Below, piece by piece: positions 28,572-36,596 of a DNA stretch of 38,541 nucleotides. Each line of letters begins with the position of its first letter. Within the stretch, counting starts at the first letter, position 1. Source of the DNA: a virus (taxonomy: Duplodnaviria > Caudoviricetes); the IMG/VR virus record IMGVR_UViG_3300044648_000344, positions 1 through 38,541 of that record; one strand, given 5' to 3'. Under the pieces are notes generated by a model. The model was not told where the DNA came from. It was given only the letters and a program-made list of their open reading frames with translations, and ran no database searches. The translations under genes and the position numbers were made by a program.

Positions 28572-29311
28572 TGAACTCAAAAACCGTCATTTTAAATTTT
28601 GCGAATAACGTGGGGCGATATGCTCAAATGCAAAAGCGATTAATCCAGGCGCTGGATAAAGTAGGATACAAAGGAGATTTGGGGTTCTTCCAACATGAAG
28701 AACATATTCACCATAACTGCCCTTACCATAAATCAGAAGATCCACAACACCATCAGGAAGGTAAGGTGGTTCCATATGCTTTCAAAGCATGGGCTATAAA
28801 TGAAGCCGTAAAAAAAGGATATGAAACAATCATATGGATGGATTCTGCCGTTTACCCTAGCAGGGATATAACTCCATTCATTGATCACATCAATCAACAC
28901 GGTTATATATTTTTTGATAACATCGGCTACTCTGTTGGTGATTACACCTCAGATGCTTGTTTAAATAAGCATGGATGGAGCAGGGAAAAAGCCTTTGGTG
29001 CAAAGATGATCATGGCTTGTCTAATGGGATTCAATACAAAATCGCTTGACGCAAAGAAGTTTATACATCAATACTTTGAGGCTGCAAAGGATGGTATAAG
29101 TTATCAAGGGTCTTGGAATAATGCCAACGGTGAAGTAAGTGAAGATATGAGAGTGAAAGGTCACCGACATGATCAGTCGGTTGCGAGCATGATAATCCAT
29201 GATATGAAGTTGACAATCACAAATGCACAGGATACTTTCTTCGCGTACACTTCACATAAAGGAATTTTAAAAATCGCGGACAGTGTTTGTCTGTGGTCAG
29301 AGGGAATTTAA
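28571..29311 (+). CDS. nucleotide-diphospho-sugar transferase-like protein
   Basis: YAFKAWAINEA...IIWMDSA...GHRHDQSVAS. Confidence 0.7.
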   Translation: MNSKTVILNFANNVGRYAQMQKRLIQALDKVGYKGDLGFFQHEEHIHHNCPYHKSEDPQHHQEGKVVPYAFKAWAINEAVKKGYETIIWMDSAVYPSRDITPFIDHINQHGYIFFDNIGYSVGDYTSDACLNKHGWSREKAFGAKMIMACLMGFNTKSLDAKKFIHQYFEAAKDGISYQGSWNNANGEVSEDMRVKGHRHDQSVASMIIHDMKLTITNAQDTFFAYTSHKGILKIADSVCLWSEGI

Positions 29312-29323
29312 AATAAAAGAAAA

Positions 29324-29926
29324 ATGGGATATACAAGTTTCACACTCACTTTGGTAACTGAATTGTTGGCAAAGTTTAATCCTAAGTCGGTGATCGATTT
29401 AGGTGCACAGAATAATTATGCGCAACCAAAGTTGCCGGCACCATACATGAAAGAGTGGTATGAAGAACAGAAAATTGATTATCTGGCTATCGATATTAAT
29501 AATGAGAATGGTGCTGCACCACTCGACTTAAGCAAACCATTACCCGTTGATTTTATTGAACGATGTGATATGTTAGTTGATGCCGGTACGAGTGAGCATG
29601 TGAGTGACGGCAAGGGTGGTCATGATATCAAGGCGATTTATAACTGCTGGAAAACTAAAAACGATCTCCTGAATATAGGAGGCATAATGCTAAATGAAAA
29701 TCCAAAGACGGGGAATTGGCCTGGGCATGGATGTAATTATTATACTCAGGACTTTTACATCAAGTTAGCAGAGTTGCAAGGTTATGAATTATTAAGTCTG
29801 CAGGAGAACGCTGCAATGGGTAACGTCACAGATGGATGGAATGTAACCTGTGTTCTAAGAAAGGTCAATGATCACAAGTTTATTTCTTTGGAAACTTTCA
29901 AGCTTTGTGGTATTAAGACATCGTGA
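29324..29926 (+). CDS. class I SAM-dependent methyltransferase
   Basis: VIDLGAQ, AIDIN, LDL, DMLVDAGTSEHV. Confidence 0.8.
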   Translation: MGYTSFTLTLVTELLAKFNPKSVIDLGAQNNYAQPKLPAPYMKEWYEEQKIDYLAIDINNENGAAPLDLSKPLPVDFIERCDMLVDAGTSEHVSDGKGGHDIKAIYNCWKTKNDLLNIGGIMLNENPKTGNWPGHGCNYYTQDFYIKLAELQGYELLSLQENAAMGNVTDGWNVTCVLRKVNDHKFISLETFKLCGIKTS

Positions 29927-30651
29927 AACTAGTAGCAATATATAATGTTTGGGACGGTGTAGAATTACTGCGCGGGTCCATGGAATGTCTGAAAGATCAT
30001 GTGGATTTCTTCATTATAGTCCACCAGGATGTGTCAAATTTCGGTGAGAAGTATGATCCCCTTCCAGAGATTAATCTTGAAGGGGTAAATTATTTCCTAA
30101 TAAAGTACACTCCGGAACGATTAGGTGGTGCAAATAACGAAAGAGCAAAACGCAATTTAGGTATTGAAGCTGCTAAGACTTATGGATTCACACACTTCAT
30201 TCTTATGGATACTGATGAGTATTACCAGGACTTTGGTAAAGCGAAGGAATTATACATTCAATCTGGAGCTTCAGGATCCGTATGTAAATTATTCACCTAC
30301 TTTAAGGAGCCAACCCTTCGTTTTGAAACAGAGGATGGATATTATGTGCCATTTATTCACCAACTGAAGCCAAACACTGAAGCTGGCCGAAAGGAATACC
30401 CATTCTATGTTGATCCTACCAGGCGAATAAATGAGGTTAATGTGGCGGAGTTACCAGCGCACATGCACCACTTCAGTTGGGTAAGAAAAGATATTGAGAG
30501 GAAGGCGAGAAATTCTAGCGCGAAAGCGAATCTGGAACGCGGAACCATGCTGCAGGATTACCACAATCCAGAAGTCAAGGAGGGGTTTTATGTGCGAGAT
30601 TATGATAAGAAATTGATTCGTGTTCCAAACCAATTCAATATTTTATTGTAA
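29923..30651 (+). CDS. GT-A fold glycosyltransferase
   Basis: ERAKRNLGIEAA...FILMDTDEYY, MHHFSWVR; GTG start. Confidence 0.75.
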   Translation: MKLVAIYNVWDGVELLRGSMECLKDHVDFFIIVHQDVSNFGEKYDPLPEINLEGVNYFLIKYTPERLGGANNERAKRNLGIEAAKTYGFTHFILMDTDEYYQDFGKAKELYIQSGASGSVCKLFTYFKEPTLRFETEDGYYVPFIHQLKPNTEAGRKEYPFYVDPTRRINEVNVAELPAHMHHFSWVRKDIERKARNSSAKANLERGTMLQDYHNPEVKEGFYVRDYDKKLIRVPNQFNILL

Positions 30652-31038
30652 TTCATTCCCAGTTAAAGCATAGTAAAGGTTCTGTAATTGATGGACAAAC
30701 TTTATATTCGGAACATCCAAATCATAATAGGGGTCATCTCCAAAGCTACTAACAGCAAAGTGGCATTTTGTGCGCCACGCGGTTAAGTCGTCAAAATATT
30801 TTATAGGATAAAGACCAAGAACACAGTCTTGATCTTGTTTAAACCCAAACTTAACGAGCCATTCTTCAGTTATAGAAATTGGTTCAAACCATTTGCCAGG
30901 ATAGTGGTTGCTCACAGTAAATTTTTCCTCTTGAATTAGCGTAACAAGTCCCACACCGTGAAATTGGTTTAGGTGATCTTTGTCAGGTTGAACATAATTT
31001 CCCAACCTCAACTCGTTTAACTTAATCATTGCTTCCAT
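30643..31038 (-). CDS. conserved phage hypothetical protein
   Basis: NELRLGNYV...PISITEEWLVKFGF...VHQLQNLYYALTG pattern. Confidence 0.6.
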   Translation of the reverse strand: MEAMIKLNELRLGNYVQPDKDHLNQFHGVGLVTLIQEEKFTVSNHYPGKWFEPISITEEWLVKFGFKQDQDCVLGLYPIKYFDDLTAWRTKCHFAVSSFGDDPYYDLDVPNIKFVHQLQNLYYALTGNELQ

Positions 31039-31047
31039 ATTTAAAAA

Positions 31048-33081
31048 TTATTTTCTTCTTAATACCATATTCACATAGTCCTGCCATGTGTAATTCGGAA
31101 TCTTCGCTAAACGACAAGCCATCGAGGTGAGTATATCCTTTAAAGCGAGGTTATACACGCGCACATCCCACATGTGATTCTGGGCTGTTTGAGATTTCTT
31201 AACCCATCTGGCCGCAATACCTTCACCGTCTTTACGCGCTTCAATAACACGATGTTCTGATTCGAAGTGCTCAAAGTAATTACTAAAAAGATATTTACCT
31301 TCGGATGGTGTAGGGAAATTCATAAAGCCTGGCGGCTGCTTATCATCAACACCGTTATTCCATTTTAAAGTCATTAGACTTGAAAGAATATCTTTCACCT
31401 GACCAACTTCAACCAGATATAACTTTGATCTCTCTTTCCCGATTTTAAAAGTCGGTAGATCCTTACCGTATGGTATATACTTATCAACGTCTTTACCTTT
31501 CAGTCCCACAATTGTCGGTGTGTTTTTTTTATCGATGTATGGATACGCAAGATGAGAGTAGTGGCCAGTGTCAATTCCGGTCATGAGTATCTTCATTTTG
31601 CGGCCCGTATCTGTCATGTAAAAGGTATCAAGGATTTTATCAAGTTCGTTCCAAACAGAGTTAGGTTTATTGTGTTCATACGTCCACCTTTCACGATCTT
31701 CTTTGTGCTTTAGTGTAGATTCCCTTGGAATAAATGTACCAATGCTACCATGAACAACACTGTAACTCGATCCTGTTTCACTCCATGCTACAACCTCATA
31801 ATCCAAGCGCGCATCATCTATAAATCCACGCGCCTCATTCCGGATAGTACCGTTCAAGTCACAAGCGCAGGTTAACAAAACAATCTTACCATTACCATCC
31901 TGCTCCGAAATCTTCTCAGGTATAGTGCCGATCTCATAGTTTCGAACGTTCCTTTGTAAGTCTGAAGCTTCTGGTGCCTCACCTTGTTGCTCATAAGTCT
32001 CACCGAGAACTACGTTAACAAATGTTTGGTACTTTTTTTCTTTTCTTTTTTCACCTGCGGGGTTGGCCTGAATGTACTGATTAACGTAGAACTCCCACGA
32101 ATCCATACCAGGAGGTGCATATAAACTACTTATTTGATAGGAGTAATGATCTTTTTCTTTTGGAATGACGGTCGGAACCCACATGCCATTGAGATTCATT
32201 TCGTATTTATGAGTGTCATTAAAGAACTGCGAGCACTTCTGACAGATATATCCGACACTTTCAGAGATCACGGATCCGTGATTATCAAGTTTCCATGTGA
32301 TACCAGCTGATTCTTTTTCATCTATTGGAACTGACCACTTCAACACTATGGGTTGGTTGCAGCAAGGACAGGGTACGTTGTAAAACCTCTGATCACCTAA
32401 CTCAAATACTTCCTCAATGTTACTTTGCCCTTTAACTTGTGGAGATGATACCCAATATATTTTTTTCTTATGGGCAAAGGATGATGTTCTTTTCTGAACT
32501 AACTCACGTGTGGCACCGGCTTCTTTTGAACTGGAAGGCGCTGCATCATAATCATCCACAATCATAATCATAACATCATGCTGCCTGAGTAAATTGTGAT
32601 TTGTAACGCTTCCACTTTTAAAGTCACCACCAGCGAACTCTTTACTTTTGTTGGTGTCACCGGTCCTGCTGTTCTTCGCCCTTAAAATACTCGGACGAAT
32701 TAAAGGTCGTAACCCACAATTATCAATCATATGATCGATCTTTACCACCGCAGCTTCTGAAAGATCACTATGACCAGTTAAAAACATGATATTGCCTGGA
32801 TTCTGTGATATGGTATAACCAACCACAGGATTGAGAACCGCTGCAGTTCCACCGAGCTGCGCACCCTTCATGATGGAAATCTCTTTTGCAGGATGATCCT
32901 TGGCGGCACAATCCAAAGGCTCTCGCCAATAAGGTGTAAGGTTAAAGGAGAATGGGCCAGGAAAAGCAGATCCGCGTGGCATGATCATGTTTTGTTCGTA
33001 CCATTCTGAAGGTTTGATATCGGACACATGTAAGCGCGTACCTTCAATGATATCTTCTAAAATGCTTTCGTAAATTTCCAT
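31048..33081 (-). CDS. terminase large subunit, lambda gpA family
   Basis: TPYWREP, KGAQLGGT, SSP, GDQRFYNVPCPCC, SSLYAP, FVNVVLGETY, IDTG, NHMWDVRVYNLA. Confidence 0.95.
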   Translation of the reverse strand: MEIYESILEDIIEGTRLHVSDIKPSEWYEQNMIMPRGSAFPGPFSFNLTPYWREPLDCAAKDHPAKEISIMKGAQLGGTAAVLNPVVGYTISQNPGNIMFLTGHSDLSEAAVVKIDHMIDNCGLRPLIRPSILRAKNSRTGDTNKSKEFAGGDFKSGSVTNHNLLRQHDVMIMIVDDYDAAPSSSKEAGATRELVQKRTSSFAHKKKIYWVSSPQVKGQSNIEEVFELGDQRFYNVPCPCCNQPIVLKWSVPIDEKESAGITWKLDNHGSVISESVGYICQKCSQFFNDTHKYEMNLNGMWVPTVIPKEKDHYSYQISSLYAPPGMDSWEFYVNQYIQANPAGEKRKEKKYQTFVNVVLGETYEQQGEAPEASDLQRNVRNYEIGTIPEKISEQDGNGKIVLLTCACDLNGTIRNEARGFIDDARLDYEVVAWSETGSSYSVVHGSIGTFIPRESTLKHKEDRERWTYEHNKPNSVWNELDKILDTFYMTDTGRKMKILMTGIDTGHYSHLAYPYIDKKNTPTIVGLKGKDVDKYIPYGKDLPTFKIGKERSKLYLVEVGQVKDILSSLMTLKWNNGVDDKQPPGFMNFPTPSEGKYLFSNYFEHFESEHRVIEARKDGEGIAARWVKKSQTAQNHMWDVRVYNLALKDILTSMACRLAKIPNYTWQDYVNMVLRRK

Positions 33082-33082
33082 G

Positions 33083-33721
33083 CTAACCGTGTTCCCCTAC
33101 AGCTTTACTCGCACTATACTCCTCAACAATGTTCTTAATTCCTTTTTTTGTGGCAGCGATCGCAGCATCGACAGATTTATTTACAATAGAAACCAACTGC
33201 TTTCTAAGATCCGCTACCTCAACACTACTGAGTTGTTTTTTTTGAGATATAATTACTATCAAATTCTCACTGGCTTCGTTGTACGCAACCTTTATACTCT
33301 CTGAGTGCTGGATGAACAGAGGCTTTACAATCTCAGTGGGGATTAATTCGCCACGTAACTTTTCAATCTGAAGTTGCCGGTGTTCAGTGTCAGCAATTTT
33401 TTTATTCAGTTCAGCCTGTTTAAGTTCTTTGTCCAATTCGTAACCGGACAAATTACCATTGGAAGCAGGTGTTCTTTTGTTTTTTTTTGAAGAATCCTGT
33501 GTCGGTGATGCATCTTTTTTTTCTGGAACCTCAACTTTAAGTGGAATGACAACCCCGGTTTTTTCACGCCTCTTCTTTAAAAAGTCAGCGTTCTTCTCTT
33601 CAGAATCATCGATTTTATCATCTTTAGTCAGGGTAATTTTCTGCCGTTTAATGTAAACTGCCAGGGCATTTGTAGCCAGACCGCAGAGCTCCGCAAATTG
33701 TTTTTTAGTGTGTAATGCCAC
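33083..33721 (-). CDS. terminase small subunit (Nu1-like)
   Basis: N-terminal HTH (TKKQFAELCGLA), coiled coil, LRGELIP; abuts the large subunit gene. Confidence 0.8.
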   Translation of the reverse strand: MALHTKKQFAELCGLATNALAVYIKRQKITLTKDDKIDDSEEKNADFLKKRREKTGVVIPLKVEVPEKKDASPTQDSSKKNKRTPASNGNLSGYELDKELKQAELNKKIADTEHRQLQIEKLRGELIPTEIVKPLFIQHSESIKVAYNEASENLIVIISQKKQLSSVEVADLRKQLVSIVNKSVDAAIAATKKGIKNIVEEYSASKAVGEHG

Positions 33722-33734
33722 GTTGAAGTTCTAT

Positions 33735-33843
33735 TTGTTGCAACAACGTAAATGCTATAAAATCAGTTATTTATAGTGTTGCCACGATAGAAGTATAAGC
33801 ATTTTTAGATATTGTTGCAACAAAAATAGGTTTGTTGCAACAG
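33735..33843. repeat. three TGTTGCAACA palindromes plus one degenerate copy
   Basis: 33735-33746, 33812-33823, 33832-33843; degenerate copy at 33776-33787. Confidence 0.8.
33782..33805 (-). promoter_or_regulatory. motif B copy 3, upstream of terS
   Basis: AAAATGCTTATACTTCTATCGTGG. Confidence 0.65.
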
Positions 33844-33983
33844 ATTTTAAGCTTGTTTTAAGCCATTACAGGGTGGCGTTTTTCATTGGAGAAATCAGAT
33901 TAGCGAGGTTCTGAAAATGCGGCATAGGTCAAGGAAATGGCAACAGCCTCTGAAATATGTGTAATGAGGGACAAAAACGCGGC

Positions 33984-34026
33984 TTCGCATATATTGCGTA
34001 GAACCAATATCGTTGGGGGAGTACCT
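33984..34026 (-). other. candidate cos site (cosQ/cosN-like)
   Basis: AGGTACT, then 23 nt ending in TACG, then dyad TACGCA-ATATA-TGCGAA, about 275 bp upstream of terS. Confidence 0.55.
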
Positions 34027-34046
34027 TTGATGATCAATAAGTTATT

Positions 34047-34886
34047 TTATTTTAATCTATTCCTAGCTGCGGTTTGTTCCTCGTACCAAAATTTCTGCGT
34101 TACAAAGTCGAACGGCCAATCCTTTACAGCTTTGCGCTTGATATTGTTATCATTAGGGATATTTTTCATGAAGTTGTAAGCTGATAGCTGCTCTTTTATC
34201 CAATACTCTTGTGTTATATAGTCATCTGGCCATTTACTTGATGCGACTGCCTTGATTTGTTTAACTATTTCGTACTCCATGGCCAGTTCATTTGCCTCTA
34301 AGTCAGATTGTAGATCTTGGATTTCCTTGTCTCGTTCTCGTTCAATTCTCATGTCTGTGCATACTAAAACAGAAAATTCTTCTCCAGTTTGACTGGTTTT
34401 TATTAGGTATTCAAACCTTTTATTTCCACTAACCCAATAGTATTTAACTCCATGAATACTATTTTCCCTCGGAGATCCAAACGTATGGACAAGATTGGAG
34501 AAAATGTCCTTATTAAAATCTCTCATTGTGTCTTTCTGAATAATCTCACCCAACAATGGGTATTCTTCAGTCCTCCATAATTTATTTTTATAAAAATGAA
34601 ACCTGATTCCATCAATTAAATTGAAATGATCAGTTTCATTTCTTACTGCCAAAGAACTATCAGAAAGCAATGTGTAATTGTGTTGTTTTATGAAGCCGTA
34701 AACCTGATCAACAGAATTACCAAATTTAAAAAAGCTGATGCTGTCGTAAGTTTTTCCGGTTGCCAAGCTTGAATCTTCTATTTCGCGTGCAGTTTTATGG
34801 TGCCATGACTTTTCAGTAAGGTCGTTTTTTTGAGTTTCACATGAGTTGAATAAAATAATGCAAGCGACAATCGATAATATTCTCAT
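34047..34886 (-). CDS. lipoprotein (moron) with two C-terminal WPxD repeats
   Basis: MRILSIVACIILFNS-C lipobox; own TATATTTG box at 34903-34910. Confidence 0.7.
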   Translation of the reverse strand: MRILSIVACIILFNSCETQKNDLTEKSWHHKTAREIEDSSLATGKTYDSISFFKFGNSVDQVYGFIKQHNYTLLSDSSLAVRNETDHFNLIDGIRFHFYKNKLWRTEEYPLLGEIIQKDTMRDFNKDIFSNLVHTFGSPRENSIHGVKYYWVSGNKRFEYLIKTSQTGEEFSVLVCTDMRIERERDKEIQDLQSDLEANELAMEYEIVKQIKAVASSKWPDDYITQEYWIKEQLSAYNFMKNIPNDNNIKRKAVKDWPFDFVTQKFWYEEQTAARNRLK

Positions 34887-34928
34887 AGATACATTTGAAA
34901 ATCAAATATAAGAGAATATTTCAATTAA

Positions 34929-35849
34929 CTATACAGGCAGAAGACTTCCTAATTTTTCAAATTCCTTGCTTGTTCGGTTGGTTGTTTTCGCGATGTAATA
35001 AGTGTTTGTTGTGGATTCACTTTTATGACCAAGTTGGTTCATTATTGACCTAGTGCTCGCTCCATTCTGTTCCAATAAAGTTGCATGTGTTTTTCGGCCA
35101 GTGTGAGTAGTAAGGTGTTTTTTTATGCCAGTTGCGAGAGCTACTTCCTTTAAAATTCTATTATACGTCTGGTTGGCAATCACAGGCATTTTATAATCGT
35201 ACTTTTTAAATATTTCCATTGCCTCTGGAAAGATGTAAACATCATTCTTTGTGCCGTTTTTGGTTCTTTCTCCAGATAACCACATCTTGCCATTTATCTC
35301 CACAATATCATAGGAGTAAATATCTGAATAGCTCAAACCCGTAAAGCACTGGTAAACGTACAAATCTGCTACTATTCGGTAAATGTCATTTGTGAAGTTG
35401 TAAATCATCAATTTCTTTATTTCATTCGGTTCAAGATAAACAATTCCTTTCGTTTTATCTCTCTTCGTTTCAACTGAATAAAGCGGATTGTTTATGATAT
35501 ATTCCATTTTAACAGCGTAATTCATTGCCCTCTTACACATTTCAATATGGCGCGCGCTATGTGAAGCACAACAAGTAGGTAAATTCTTATGTAACCAGAA
35601 TTTAAGATCTTCCATCAACTTTGGCTTAATATCCTCTAAAGTCGCCTCCGATAGACCCTTTGAATGAAGGAATAATGAGATATTACCATACAAGCTTTCG
35701 TGTTTGATAACAGTACTTTCTCGTAAACATTCCTCGATGGCTTTTCGATTGTTATACTCTCGTAGCATAGTTAAAAATACTATCCCTTTCGGGGGTTCGG
35801 TCGGATTTCTCTTAAAGAAATTTAGTGCCCTTTTTAATGTATTTATCAT
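34929..35849 (-). CDS. int: tyrosine integrase, IntDOT-like
   Basis: FTGLSYSDI, RTKN, HTGRKTHAT, LGHKS...YY. Confidence 0.92.
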   Translation of the reverse strand: MINTLKRALNFFKRNPTEPPKGIVFLTMLREYNNRKAIEECLRESTVIKHESLYGNISLFLHSKGLSEATLEDIKPKLMEDLKFWLHKNLPTCCASHSARHIEMCKRAMNYAVKMEYIINNPLYSVETKRDKTKGIVYLEPNEIKKLMIYNFTNDIYRIVADLYVYQCFTGLSYSDIYSYDIVEINGKMWLSGERTKNGTKNDVYIFPEAMEIFKKYDYKMPVIANQTYNRILKEVALATGIKKHLTTHTGRKTHATLLEQNGASTRSIMNQLGHKSESTTNTYYIAKTTNRTSKEFEKLGSLLPV

Positions 35850-35940
35850 AATTCAGATTACCTGAAAATTAACGGCAGAAATCAGGAAAGTGTGGAGGAT
35901 TATCCCCATTGTTATAAACAAAGGAGTGTTTAAAATGATA

Positions 35941-35964
35941 AAAGCCTTAGATAATTAAGGCTTT
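35941..35964 (-). terminator. inverted repeat/terminator downstream of the att core
   Basis: AAAGCCTTA-GATAAT-TAAGGCTTT. Confidence 0.5.
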
Positions 35965-35986
35965 TAGCGATTCGGTATCAAGATCG

Positions 35987-36006
35987 TGCTCCCACCTGGA
36001 CTAGAA
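35987..36006 (-). other. attP core resembling a tRNA 3' end
   Basis: Minus strand TTCTAGT-CCAGG-TGGGAGC-A reads as T-loop, T-stem, acceptor strand and discriminator; about 140 bp from the int start. Confidence 0.65.
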
Positions 36007-36084
36007 ACCTTGAGTTCTGTCTTTATGGTTCCGAATCTTGTACCGTTTCGGCTTATAAAGCCTTTTGGCGCTTAAACACTCTGA

Positions 36085-36453
36085 TTATTGATCAGAGCCG
36101 GTTCGTTCAAGCACCAGGGGAAAAGACCCCTTCAGGGCTAACTTAAGCATTTCCCTTAAGTTATCAATCTCGGATTTCATTTGCGAAATCATAGCATCTT
36201 TCCATGGGTTAGAAGTCTGAGTGTCTTTTTGGGGCTCAAACATTTCCCCTATCCCTTTAGATAAGAATTGATAGTTGACGTTCAATCCCGTGCAAATTAG
36301 TTTAATAGTTGAAGAGGAGGGTTTTGTTGTCTCGCCATCCGCAATTCTTTTTAGGGTGGTGTACTCCATTCCGATAATTCTGGATGCTTCCTTCGCGTCA
36401 ATTCTTAAACTTTTCAACACGTCTTGAAGCCTTGTGTTTACTGTGCTTTTCAT
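36085..36453 (-). CDS. CI-like XRE repressor
   Basis: RLQDVLKSLRIDAKEASRIIGMEYTTLKRIADGETTKPS...LNVNYQFLSKGIGEMF; ATG at 36453. Confidence 0.82.
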   Translation of the reverse strand: MKSTVNTRLQDVLKSLRIDAKEASRIIGMEYTTLKRIADGETTKPSSSTIKLICTGLNVNYQFLSKGIGEMFEPQKDTQTSNPWKDAMISQMKSEIDNLREMLKLALKGSFPLVLERTGSDQ

Positions 36454-36484
36454 GGTTTGTTTGTTTTTAATGTTAATAATATTA

Positions 36485-36584
36485 GCTTGCATCTGCTTGC
36501 AAACGCAACAGTCTTGCAATACATTTGTACCGTTGTCACATCAATTTGACAAAACAAATATAGCAAATGTTTGCTAAACACAAA
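36485..36584. promoter_or_regulatory. lysis/lysogeny switch: face-to-face promoters and operators
   Basis: TACATTTG (+, 36520-36527), TATATTTG (-, 36555-36562), CTTGCA three times, palindromes at 36533-36552 and 36561-36576. Confidence 0.6.
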
Positions 36585-36596
36585 ATTTTAACACAA

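Noticed and set aside
25383-30651. Classical gtrABC serotype-conversion cassette or host contamination
   Set aside because: No flippase or multi-TM transferase; genes are compact, overlap phage genes, and share a phage operator
33735-33843. CRISPR mini-array
   Set aside because: Repeats are only 10-12 bp with irregular spacing, and no cas genes are present
35987-36006. Complete tRNA gene
   Set aside because: Only the 3' 20 nt or so is tRNA-like; no D-arm or anticodon arm upstream
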